Assembly (NCBI GenBank): GCA_038249605.1
Contig: JBBSDH010000001.1
Location: 1-48,727, forward strand
DNA: 48,727 bases
Origin: Chitinophagales bacterium
GTDB lineage: Bacteria > Bacteroidota > Bacteroidia > Chitinophagales > Saprospiraceae
Reading direction: 5' to 3'
Shown: positions 15,926 through 24,417 of the stretch, one piece after another
Numbering within the stretch: position 1 is the first letter of the stretch
How the letters are laid out: the number at the start of each line of letters is the position of its first letter
Notes under the pieces: model-generated
What the model was told of the DNA's origin: nothing
Database searches by the model: none
The model's input: the letters and a program-made list of their open reading frames with translations, nothing else
Program-made: the position numbers and the translations under genes

Positions 15926-17026
15926 ATGAATAAAATACTGCTAACACTGTCGCTTTTTCTGTTTCTGGCTTCGTCTGTCGTTGCCCAAGAGTCGGACACC
16001 ACCATTTACAATGTGGCTGAAACCATGCCTTACCCGCTTTTCAACCGCTGTAAGGACCAAAAAAGTGACAATGAACGATGGAACGAAGATTCGTTGCGGC
16101 GTTGCAACGAAAACTACCTGTTGAGCATCCTGGCTCAAAACATCCGCTACCCCGAAGCGGCGCGGCAAAAAAACATTGAAGGCACGGTGGTTGCCAGTTT
16201 TGTGGTTGAAAAAAACGGCAAAATGAGCAACCTGAAAATCATCAAAGACATCGGTGAAGGTTGCGGCGACGAAGCCCTACGCGTTTTAAAAGCGCTCGAC
16301 GAACTGGGACTGAAATGGCAACCGGCCACACTCGAAGACAAAACAGTGCGCATGCGCCACGCCCTGCCCCTGCGTTTCCGGCTCGAAGAACCCATTCCTT
16401 TTTACGTTTCTGATTCCGGCGATTCCATATACACCATACTCGACACCGAAGCGAACTTTGACGGAGGCGTCGATTCGTTGTACCGTTTCATTCTTACCAG
16501 ACTGGAATACCCTACGGCCATGCTCGACAGCTGCAAAACTGGCGTGATCGAAATGGCCCTGATGATAGGCGGCAACGGATCGGTGGACATGGTGAACCAG
16601 ATCGATTTCAACAACCTGGGCTACGATTTCCAGTGGAAAGCCCTGCAACTCGCCAACCGCACCAACGGCATGTGGATACCCGCCGTTTACCAGGAAAAAC
16701 CGGTTACGAGCACCATACCCCTGCGTGTTTTGTTCAAATCGAACAAACCGGCCTGCAAAGCCGCCAACGAACGTTTCGACCAGGCCATGATCCTGAGCAA
16801 CGACGGCGCCCTGCAACTGGAAAGTGAAAAACCCGAGGAAGCCATCGCCAAGTTCACCGAGGCCCTGGCTTTGTCGCCCAACAACACCGAACTGCTCTAC
16901 TACCGCGGCTCGGCTTATTTGCAACTGAACCGACGCGACGAAGCGTGTGCGGATTACAACAAGATCAAGGAGTTGCTTGGGATTACGTGGTTTGAGAGTA
17001 TTAGGAAGGTGGTTTGTGGGTGGTGA
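15926..17026 (+). CDS. TonB C-terminal-domain protein with a C-terminal TPR region (secreted/periplasmic)
   Basis: A signal peptide is present. The TonB_C-like block is YPEAARQKNIEGTVVASFVVEKNGKMSNLKIIKDIGEGCGDEALRVLK, and a second degenerate copy follows. The TPR-like tail is EEAIAKFTEALALSPNNTELLYYRGSAYLQL. Confidence 0.65.
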   Translation: MNKILLTLSLFLFLASSVVAQESDTTIYNVAETMPYPLFNRCKDQKSDNERWNEDSLRRCNENYLLSILAQNIRYPEAARQKNIEGTVVASFVVEKNGKMSNLKIIKDIGEGCGDEALRVLKALDELGLKWQPATLEDKTVRMRHALPLRFRLEEPIPFYVSDSGDSIYTILDTEANFDGGVDSLYRFILTRLEYPTAMLDSCKTGVIEMALMIGGNGSVDMVNQIDFNNLGYDFQWKALQLANRTNGMWIPAVYQEKPVTSTIPLRVLFKSNKPACKAANERFDQAMILSNDGALQLESEKPEEAIAKFTEALALSPNNTELLYYRGSAYLQLNRRDEACADYNKIKELLGITWFESIRKVVCGW

Positions 17027-17054
17027 GCGGAATGCGGAATGCGGAATGTGGCAT
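17027..17054. repeat. Heptanucleotide tandem repeat (GCGGAAT x3 plus a degenerate 4th)
   Basis: It begins on the base after the TGA stop at 17024-17026. Confidence 0.85.
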
Positions 17055-17197
17055 AAAAAAATGTGACATCATTTTTTTGAGAAGGTCTGCCAGAATGTTT
17101 TTTCTCCCATTTTCTCCCGTAATTCGCAACGTGTTGTGCTCCATAACTTAACAATTACTTAAACCCTTCTTAAACAGCGCGCAACCCATGCCTGCTC

Positions 17198-17205
17198 TAC
17201 CTTTG
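17198..17205 (+). promoter_or_regulatory. -7 promoter box TACCTTTG
   Basis: Matches TAnnTTTG 18 nt upstream of ATG 17223. Confidence 0.4.
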
Positions 17206-17222
17206 AGCCAAATAAAAAAACC

Positions 17223-17915
17223 ATGAAGGACAAGGCGCTTCCGAAAAAAATTCTCATCGTCGACGACGAACCGGACATACTGGAGTTCCTCCAGTACAAC
17301 CTTCGCAAGGAAGGCTATACGGTGGTAACCGCCAGCGATGGTAAATTTGCCCTCGAAGTTGCCGAACGCGAAAAACCCAACCTCATCATCCTCGACATCA
17401 TGATGCCCGAGCTTGATGGCGTTGAAACCTGCCGCCAACTGCGCAGCAAAAAAGAGTTCGCCGACACGCCCATCGCTTTCCTGACCGCCCGCGACGAAGA
17501 CTTTTCCCAAATCACTGCCCTGGATGTAGGCGGCGACGACTACATCACCAAACCCATCAAACCCCGCGTACTCATTTCCCGCATCAATGCCCTGCTCCGC
17601 CGCGCCAACCGCGCCAACGCCGATGACCAGGACATCATCCAACTCTCCGACCTCGTTATCGACCGCCAAAAAGTGCTGGTTTTTAAACAGGAGAGACCCA
17701 TCGAATTGCCGCGCAAAGAATTTGAAATCCTGTGGCTGCTTGCCTCCAAACCCGGCCGCGTGTTTACCCGTGAAGAAATTTTTGATAAAATTTGGGGCGC
17801 CGATGTCATCGTCGGTAACCGAACCATCGACGTGCACATCCGTAAACTGCGCGAACGCCTGGGTGAGGAATACATCAAAACGATGAAGGGAATTGGGTAC
17901 AAATTCGAGTTCTAG
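17223..17915 (+). CDS. OmpR/PhoB-family response regulator
   Basis: The receiver domain shows ILIVDDEPDI, LIILDIMMPELDG and KP. The C-terminal winged-helix region shows LPRKEFEILWLL and GIGYKF. Confidence 0.9.
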   Translation: MKDKALPKKILIVDDEPDILEFLQYNLRKEGYTVVTASDGKFALEVAEREKPNLIILDIMMPELDGVETCRQLRSKKEFADTPIAFLTARDEDFSQITALDVGGDDYITKPIKPRVLISRINALLRRANRANADDQDIIQLSDLVIDRQKVLVFKQERPIELPRKEFEILWLLASKPGRVFTREEIFDKIWGADVIVGNRTIDVHIRKLRERLGEEYIKTMKGIGYKFEF

Positions 17916-18965
17916 ATGTTTAAAAATCAGACGCCACAGCAGCTCGCCTTTTACATTGCACTCATAACCTCTTTCGGGCTTAGTTTCATCTTTGCCATTC
18001 TGAAACTTACCGGCATACTTTCCAACCCCTGGTGGGAAGTCGCCCTCATCGGCATCGTGGCTTTCGTCGCCAATTTCATTGCCAATTATTACCTGGTGCG
18101 CTACTACATCTTCCGGCGCATCAAACTTATTTACAAAATCATCCACCGTCACAAACTGCCCGCCGATTTCAAAGCGGGTAAAATCCCGATGAACCAAAAC
18201 ATCCTCGACGATGTGGAACGCGAAGTGGGCAAATGGGCCGAACAACACAACCGCGACCTCGAACAACTCGAACGCCTCGCTACTTACCGCCGCCGTTTCA
18301 TCGGCGATGTGTCGCACGAACTCAAAACGCCCATTTTCAACATCCAGGGTTTTGTACATACCCTGCTTGACGGCGCCATCAACGACCCGGATGTCAACAT
18401 CAAATACCTCAACCGCGCCGCCAAAAACGTGGACCGCCTCCAGGCCATCGTCGAAGACCTGGAAACCATCAACAAACTCGAATCGGGTCAAATGGTGCTT
18501 GACCTGCGCGAGTTCGACGTATATGACCTGGCTCAGGACGTGTATTCTGATCTCGAAATACGCGCCAAAGAACGCAACATCCGCCTAACCTTTAAAGAAG
18601 GCGCCGACCAGCACTTCCGCGTTCGGGCCGACAAGGAAAGCGTCCGCCAGGTGCTCATCAACCTGATACACAATTCCATCAAATACGGCAAAGAAGGCGG
18701 CGTGACCAAACTCAGTTTCTACGACATGGAAAGTTACATGCTCGTGGAAGTGAGCGACAATGGCATCGGCATCGATTCCGAACACCTCAGACACGTGTTC
18801 GACCGCTTCTTTCGCGTGGATAAAAGCCGCTCCCGCGACGCAGGAGGTACAGGCCTGGGGCTGTCCATCGTAAAACACATCATCGAAGCGCACAAACAAA
18901 CGGTGACAGTGCGCAGCACGTCGGGACAAGGTGCGACGTTCGGGTTTACGCTGGAAAAAGCGTGA
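17916..18965 (+). CDS. Sensor histidine kinase (HisKA + HATPase_c)
   Basis: The ATG is directly adjacent to the regulator's TAG stop. Two N-terminal TM helices are present. The H-box is FIGDVSHELKTP, the N-box is LINLIHNSIKY, and the G-boxes are DNGIGI and GTGLGLSIVK. Confidence 0.9.
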   Translation: MFKNQTPQQLAFYIALITSFGLSFIFAILKLTGILSNPWWEVALIGIVAFVANFIANYYLVRYYIFRRIKLIYKIIHRHKLPADFKAGKIPMNQNILDDVEREVGKWAEQHNRDLEQLERLATYRRRFIGDVSHELKTPIFNIQGFVHTLLDGAINDPDVNIKYLNRAAKNVDRLQAIVEDLETINKLESGQMVLDLREFDVYDLAQDVYSDLEIRAKERNIRLTFKEGADQHFRVRADKESVRQVLINLIHNSIKYGKEGGVTKLSFYDMESYMLVEVSDNGIGIDSEHLRHVFDRFFRVDKSRSRDAGGTGLGLSIVKHIIEAHKQTVTVRSTSGQGATFGFTLEKA

Positions 18966-18983
18966 GTCTTCTCCGTGAATCCT

Positions 18984-20960
18984 TTACTGTCGGACTACCC
19001 GTTCCACTACCCTGCCCCGGCTCGTTTCCACAGCGATAAAATACACGCCGGCTTTTCCTGGCAATTGAACCGGCATCGCGTCGCCTTTTTGATCCACCAC
19101 CATTTTGCCGGAGGCTTCCCATACCTGTACACGGCGTACCGGCAGACCAACAGGGGTTTCTACAAATACCCTTCCGTCGTGCGATAAGGTCGGGTAAACG
19201 CGTACATCCGTTTTCCACGCTGCTTCTTTCGACGACACAGGCGAAACCATCACCGTTTCCAAAATCTGTTCGGAAATGAGGACCGGCGACCGGTCCGACG
19301 CGTTGAACATGGTTTCAAATGCCTGGATTTCAGGCGCCTGGAAAGCAAACATGGGATCCAGCCACTTCAAAGGCAAACTTTGGTACCACACCCGGGCCTC
19401 CACGCGCCAGGCGCCTGTGTAGCCGTTGACTGGAATGGCAAAATGCAACACATCGGCGCCTGTACCTTCTTCGCCCAGGGCATCGCGGTTGAAATCGGGA
19501 TCGGAGAGCGCTTGTCCTGCGATGAGCGTGGTGTCGTAAACCGGGTGGTCCATACGGAAACCTTCGGGCGTGAGGCGGTTGTCCTTGAGCGCATAATGCG
19601 CGCGTTCGAGCACGTTGGTGAATTGTCCGGACACATCGCCGGGCGTGAGCTCGTATATCTGCACCTGATCGGGCCGGTTGATCGTCTGGTAGTGTGGTTC
19701 GTAGTTGGCGTCTTCGTCCACCAGCCTGTACTGCGCGTCCGTTTTCCCGGAATGGAAAAGCGTATCCCCCGAAGCGGACAACACCACGAACTCCACCCAC
19801 GCCCTACGCGCGGGGTAACCACTCGGAAATTTGTGTCCGGCTTTGTTGTGCAGATTCAAACTGAAGTGCGCTGTATCGCCATTGAGCACACCCGTTTCGA
19901 GGGTTAAATCCAGCGATTGTTGTTGCAACATGCGCACAGTGGCCGCTATGGTGCTGTCAAAATGTTCGGGCAAAGCAGAGATGCCGAGATCGGCGCGGTT
20001 GTCGCGCATGAGTTTGAGCATGTGCGTATTGGCGCCGACCATTTCGTGGAGTCCGTAGGGGAATTTGGAAATCAGAAAGGCATAGTTGGAAGAAATGACC
20101 ACCGCGTCGGGGATTTGCGGCAGGTGGCACTTCTGGCAGGTGATGTTGTCCTGGTCCTTGTCGTACCGCGAATTGAGCCACTCGTGGTAAGTGGCCTGTT
20201 CCACAAACGTGTTGCCGGTGTACGTTCCGTTTTCGTCGACTGATTTGGTGATGAGGGTATGGCAACCTGCGCACAAACCTGCGTCGGAAATGTGCTCGCC
20301 GTATTTGGGTGTGATGCCCACAAACTCGTGCATGGGCGGCGCGAACACCGTTTCGTATGGACCGTATGCGACACGGATGTAGTTGGTATCAAAATTCAAA
20401 GCACCGGAGTGCAGGCTGCCGTTGGGTCCGGGCGCCTGGGCGTGGCAGGCCTGGCAGTTCACGCCGTCGAGGCCGAGCGTATCGGCGTAAAGATCTGCGA
20501 GCGTGTAAAACTCGGCGTGGTTTTTCAATTTGGCCTGGTAATGTCCTGTGGGTGCGTGGCACGACGTGCATTTGTCCTGAAGCTCGATGCTGTGCGCCGG
20601 GTTCACCAGCATTTCGTGGCGCACTTTGGCGCGCCAGAACGGGTCTTTGGCGCTGTTGGCCATCATGCTGGAGCGCCAGTCGTCGTACACGTTCACGTCG
20701 GTTCCGTTGCTGGTCACCATGGCCATGCCGTTCGGGTCTTTGCCGTGGCAGCCGCTGCACAGTTTGGCGTTGGGGAAAAGGATGCTCGAATCGATGGGCA
20801 TGAATTCACCGCTGCCGTGTGGGTTGAACGCCAGTTTGGTTCGGTAAAACGCGAGCTCTTCTTCCGAGTGGAAATTGGAAGGTTTGTTGTCCCAGGGAAA
20901 CCAGGCGAGAAAGGCGATGAGGGCGGGAAGCGCGAGTACGGGGAGGAGCGATTTTTTCAT
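18984..20960 (-). CDS. Multihaem (5 x CxxCH) c-type cytochrome with a T9SS C-terminal sorting domain
   Basis: A signal peptide is present. CxxCH motifs lie at aa 68-72 (CSGCH), 131-135 (CTSCH), 169-173 (CQACH), 230-234 (CAGCH) and 275-279 (CQKCH). The last ~75 aa (VRVYPTLSHDGRVFVE..GVYFIAVETSRGRVVERVVRQ) look like a Por/T9SS type-A C-terminal domain. Confidence 0.75.
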   Translation of the reverse strand: MKKSLLPVLALPALIAFLAWFPWDNKPSNFHSEEELAFYRTKLAFNPHGSGEFMPIDSSILFPNAKLCSGCHGKDPNGMAMVTSNGTDVNVYDDWRSSMMANSAKDPFWRAKVRHEMLVNPAHSIELQDKCTSCHAPTGHYQAKLKNHAEFYTLADLYADTLGLDGVNCQACHAQAPGPNGSLHSGALNFDTNYIRVAYGPYETVFAPPMHEFVGITPKYGEHISDAGLCAGCHTLITKSVDENGTYTGNTFVEQATYHEWLNSRYDKDQDNITCQKCHLPQIPDAVVISSNYAFLISKFPYGLHEMVGANTHMLKLMRDNRADLGISALPEHFDSTIAATVRMLQQQSLDLTLETGVLNGDTAHFSLNLHNKAGHKFPSGYPARRAWVEFVVLSASGDTLFHSGKTDAQYRLVDEDANYEPHYQTINRPDQVQIYELTPGDVSGQFTNVLERAHYALKDNRLTPEGFRMDHPVYDTTLIAGQALSDPDFNRDALGEEGTGADVLHFAIPVNGYTGAWRVEARVWYQSLPLKWLDPMFAFQAPEIQAFETMFNASDRSPVLISEQILETVMVSPVSSKEAAWKTDVRVYPTLSHDGRVFVETPVGLPVRRVQVWEASGKMVVDQKGDAMPVQLPGKAGVYFIAVETSRGRVVERVVRQ

Positions 20961-21202
20961 GCAATGAGTCCTTTTTTATTAGGACTGCCAAAGATAGTGG
21001 AATCATTTTTTTTCAATAAACTCCTTAAACCCTTTCCGGTAAGTGTCGTTAATCGGCAAAAGTTTTTTTCCGATCTGCACTTTTTTCCTTGTGGATGCTG
21101 TGCACCCAATTGATGCCATTGAGGTAAGAATGGTGGATGCATGCAAACTGATTTGCAGGCAAAATACGCTTCGACAAACAACCGCGGATTTAAACGGATT
21201 TT

Positions 21203-22624
21203 TTAAAACCTTACAATCTTCCCCTTCATTTTTCCTTCCAGATACGACCTGATGATCCGACCTGCATCCGGATCTTTATAGGGCGACGATACACGTTCAC
21301 GGAGGTCTTCAACTTGAAAACCTTCTTCTTCGGTTTCCGCATACCCGAACCCCAGAAACTGTCCTTCTTCCACCAACACCAGGGCTTTTTCGCCCTGTGT
21401 TCGGCCGAGCTCGTGGTACAGGAAATTACCGGTGAGTGCGCGGGATAGCACTTTCATGGCTTCCCCCACCCTGGCGTTGTACTCCTCCGCACTTTCTTCC
21501 CCCACACAGGCGCCCCGGCATTGTTTGATGCTGTGATGGAAACAAGCGCGTTCGTGAAAATCGAGGTGGCAAAGGCGGTGGCAAAGTTCATACTGGCGCA
21601 CGATGCTGGCCAGGTAGCCACGCGCACTTTCCAGTTTGGGCAATTCGATGAGTGTGGTTAAACCCGGCGACGCTTTTTTGCCTGGTTTGCCAGCTACGAG
21701 GCATTGGTACCCCAGCTGATCGGTGTAGGTGTAAATGCCTGCATTGTACTGGCGCATGCGCAACGCCCGGTTGATGCGCGGTTGCAGGCGTTTGATCTCG
21801 GCGCTTTCGAGCAGCAAGGCCACAAGTTCGCTGCCGGTCACTTCGCAGGAAATATCGGCTGCTCCGGCGCGCATTTTTTCGCCTTTCGGTGTGTGATCGG
21901 CGAAGTGTTCGTACAGTCGTTTGCGTATGTTCAAACTTTTCCCCACATAAATAACGTCGCCTTCCTGGTCGTGCAGGTAATACACGCCACAGGCTTCGGG
22001 CAGGGCGTCGAGTTTATCGATGGTGATACCGGGCGGCAGTTTCGACTCTTTCAACCCTGCACGCATGAGGCTTTTGATGCTGCTTGCGCCGCCTTCCTGT
22101 TCGGCCAGGATGTGTTCGAAAAGGCGCACAGTAGCGAGGGTATCGTCAAGCGCACGGTGGCTGCGGGCGGCGGCAATGCCAAAATGGTTTTTCAGGTTGC
22201 TGAGGCTGTAACTCGGCAGACCAGGAAACACCTTGCGTGCCAGTCGTACCGTACAGAGTTGCTGGCGGGTGTATTGGTAACCAAGTCGGGCAAATTCCTC
22301 GCGGATGAAACCAAAATCGAAGGTAACGTTGTGTGCCACGAAGATGGCGTTCTCCGTCATTTCCACAATTTTGCGCGCCACTTCAAAAAACTTCGGTGCG
22401 GTGGCCACCATGTCGTCGGTGATGCCGGTGAGTTGCGTGATGTTCCAGGGTATACTGCGTTCGGGGTTGATGAGCGTACTGTACGTATCAATCACCTTTT
22501 CGCCGTCGTGCAAAACGATGGCGATTTCGGTCACACGTTCAAAACGGGCGGACCCTCCGGTGGTTTCTACGTCGATGATGGCAAATTTAGACAACGGCTG
22601 TGTGGTAGCAGGTTTGATTAACAA
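21203..22624 (-). CDS. DnaQ-like 3'-5' exonuclease fused to a GIY-YIG nuclease domain (Cho/UvrC-N-like)
   Basis: Exo motifs are FAIIDVETTG and HNVTFDFGF, then H..DD. GIY-YIG follows: GVYYLHDQEGDVIYVGKSLNIRKR. Only a TTG start at 22624 keeps the ExoI motif in frame, so the start is uncertain. Confidence 0.8.
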   Translation of the reverse strand: MLIKPATTQPLSKFAIIDVETTGGSARFERVTEIAIVLHDGEKVIDTYSTLINPERSIPWNITQLTGITDDMVATAPKFFEVARKIVEMTENAIFVAHNVTFDFGFIREEFARLGYQYTRQQLCTVRLARKVFPGLPSYSLSNLKNHFGIAAARSHRALDDTLATVRLFEHILAEQEGGASSIKSLMRAGLKESKLPPGITIDKLDALPEACGVYYLHDQEGDVIYVGKSLNIRKRLYEHFADHTPKGEKMRAGAADISCEVTGSELVALLLESAEIKRLQPRINRALRMRQYNAGIYTYTDQLGYQCLVAGKPGKKASPGLTTLIELPKLESARGYLASIVRQYELCHRLCHLDFHERACFHHSIKQCRGACVGEESAEEYNARVGEAMKVLSRALTGNFLYHELGRTQGEKALVLVEEGQFLGFGYAETEEEGFQVEDLRERVSSPYKDPDAGRIIRSYLEGKMKGKIVRF

Positions 22625-22739
22625 AGGTTAACTTTGATGAAAAAAGGGCAAAAACGGTCATTTTTACGAAAAAATGCATTTTTTCAGATTTTTCACCGCA
22701 CTTGTTCTATTCTTGTTTTTGCAAAATTGAGAAAACGTT

Positions 22740-23990
22740 TTGTTTTTAAAAAAATATTTATCAAATAAATTGTTAAATAATAACGTCAGCAGCCTTTTGA
22801 TTGGTTTGTTCTTGATGCTCTTCGCACAAGCCGCTGCCCAGATTCCCATCAAGTTCGTGGGCCCTCCCGAACCTGTGGTTGCTCCATTGCGCACCGGCGC
22901 CGACCAGTTGGAGCATTACCTGCCACTGTTGAAAGATAAAAAAATCGGCCTGGTGGTAAACCATACTTCGCTCACCGGCACGACGCACCTTGTGGACACA
23001 CTCTACAATCTCAAAAGTTATGTATCCCGCATTTTCGTGCCCGAACACGGTTTCCGAGGCGAGGCAGATGCAGGCGAAAAGATACACGACGGCCTCGACC
23101 AGCGAACGGGCACACCCATTGTTTCCCTTTACGGCAAAAAGAAAAAACCGGCGCCCGACGACTTCATGTTTGTCGATGTCATGGTGTTCGACATCCAAGA
23201 TGTAGGCGCGCGTTTTTATACCTACATCAGCACTTTGTATTATGTTATGGAAGCGTGCGCCGAAAATGGCATTCCTCTTATTGTACTCGACAGGCCCAAT
23301 CCGAACGGCCATTACGTAGATGGTCCGGTGCTCGACATGCGCATCGAGTCGTTTGTCGGTGTGGCGCCCATTCCCATTGTACACGGCTGTACCATTGGAG
23401 AATTGGCCCGCCTTCTCGCCGGTGAATATTGGTTCAACAAAGCAGAACACCTTGATCTGACGGTTATTCCTTGTGAAAACTACACCCATTACCAGCATTT
23501 CGATCTGCCACTGAAACCATCGCCCAATTTACCCAACAACCTTTCCGTCCAACTTTATCCTTCACTTTGTTTGTTTGAAGGCACAACATTCAGTTTGGGC
23601 CGGGGTACCAACTGGCCATTCCAGGTGTTTGGGCATCCCGATCTGATGTCCGGCGAATTCCGATTTACACCGCGCCCGAATGCAGCTTCGAAATACCCGC
23701 CTCAGGACGGTCGAAGCTGCCGTGGTTTTGATTTGCGGTATTTGTCTGTCGACAGCTTGCGGCACGCCCGCACCCTGAACCTGGAATGGTTGCTTGATGC
23801 TTACCGTGATTTTCCCGACAAGGGGAAGTTTTTTTTAAAAAACAATTTTTTTGATCTGCTTGCAGGCACAAGGCAGCTTCGTTTTCAAATTGAGGACGGT
23901 TGCAACGAAGCTGAAATCAGGGCAACCTGGGCTTACGACCTTCAACAATACAACCTTTTGCGCAGCAAATATCTTTTGTATCCAGAATGA
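22740..23990 (+). CDS. DUF1343 family protein (exo-beta-N-acetylmuramidase NamZ-like)
   Basis: Typical blocks are TGADQL..LKDKKIGLVVNHTS, PEHGFRG and FDIQDVGARFYTY. A signal peptide is present. The start is a TTG at 22740, and ATG 22815 is the alternative. Confidence 0.8.
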   Translation: MFLKKYLSNKLLNNNVSSLLIGLFLMLFAQAAAQIPIKFVGPPEPVVAPLRTGADQLEHYLPLLKDKKIGLVVNHTSLTGTTHLVDTLYNLKSYVSRIFVPEHGFRGEADAGEKIHDGLDQRTGTPIVSLYGKKKKPAPDDFMFVDVMVFDIQDVGARFYTYISTLYYVMEACAENGIPLIVLDRPNPNGHYVDGPVLDMRIESFVGVAPIPIVHGCTIGELARLLAGEYWFNKAEHLDLTVIPCENYTHYQHFDLPLKPSPNLPNNLSVQLYPSLCLFEGTTFSLGRGTNWPFQVFGHPDLMSGEFRFTPRPNAASKYPPQDGRSCRGFDLRYLSVDSLRHARTLNLEWLLDAYRDFPDKGKFFLKNNFFDLLAGTRQLRFQIEDGCNEAEIRATWAYDLQQYNLLRSKYLLYPE

Positions 23991-24361
23991 GCACAACGTC
24001 GCACCTCGACACCGGTCGCCTTGGCGAAGACATCGCCGCCGAGTACCTTGCAAAAAAGGGCTACCGCATCGCCGTGCGCAATTTCCGCGCCGGAAAAGGT
24101 GAAATTGATCTTATTGCCTGGACGGCGGAGGGCGACCAGCTTGTTTTTGTGGAAGTGAAAACACGTTCGGGCGACGGTTACGGTGGGCCCGAAGAAGCCG
24201 TCAATAAACGCAAACAACGTGTAGTGGTGCGCACCGCCGGTGAATACATGGAATCCATCCATTACGAATGGGAAATACGTTTCGACATCATTGCCGTCAT
24301 TCTCCAAAATGGTCGTCTTTTAACCATTCGCCATCTTGAAGACGCCTTTTTTCCAAGATGA
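23987..24361 (+). CDS. YraN family (UPF0102) endonuclease-like protein
   Basis: GEDIAAEYLAKKGYRI..RNFR...GEIDLIAW..LVFVEVKTR matches the family pattern. There is an ATGA overlap with the upstream gene. Confidence 0.85.
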   Translation: MSTTSHLDTGRLGEDIAAEYLAKKGYRIAVRNFRAGKGEIDLIAWTAEGDQLVFVEVKTRSGDGYGGPEEAVNKRKQRVVVRTAGEYMESIHYEWEIRFDIIAVILQNGRLLTIRHLEDAFFPR

Positions 24362-24417
24362 CCCAATGATGATGTAACATTGCACTACATTAGAGCGACT
24401 AAAAAAATTACCCGAAC

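Noticed and set aside
17148-18491. 447-aa minus-strand ORF
   Set aside because: It lies antisense to the response-regulator and histidine-kinase genes, both of which have complete signature motifs. The translation is a Val/Phe/Gly/Asp-rich shadow.
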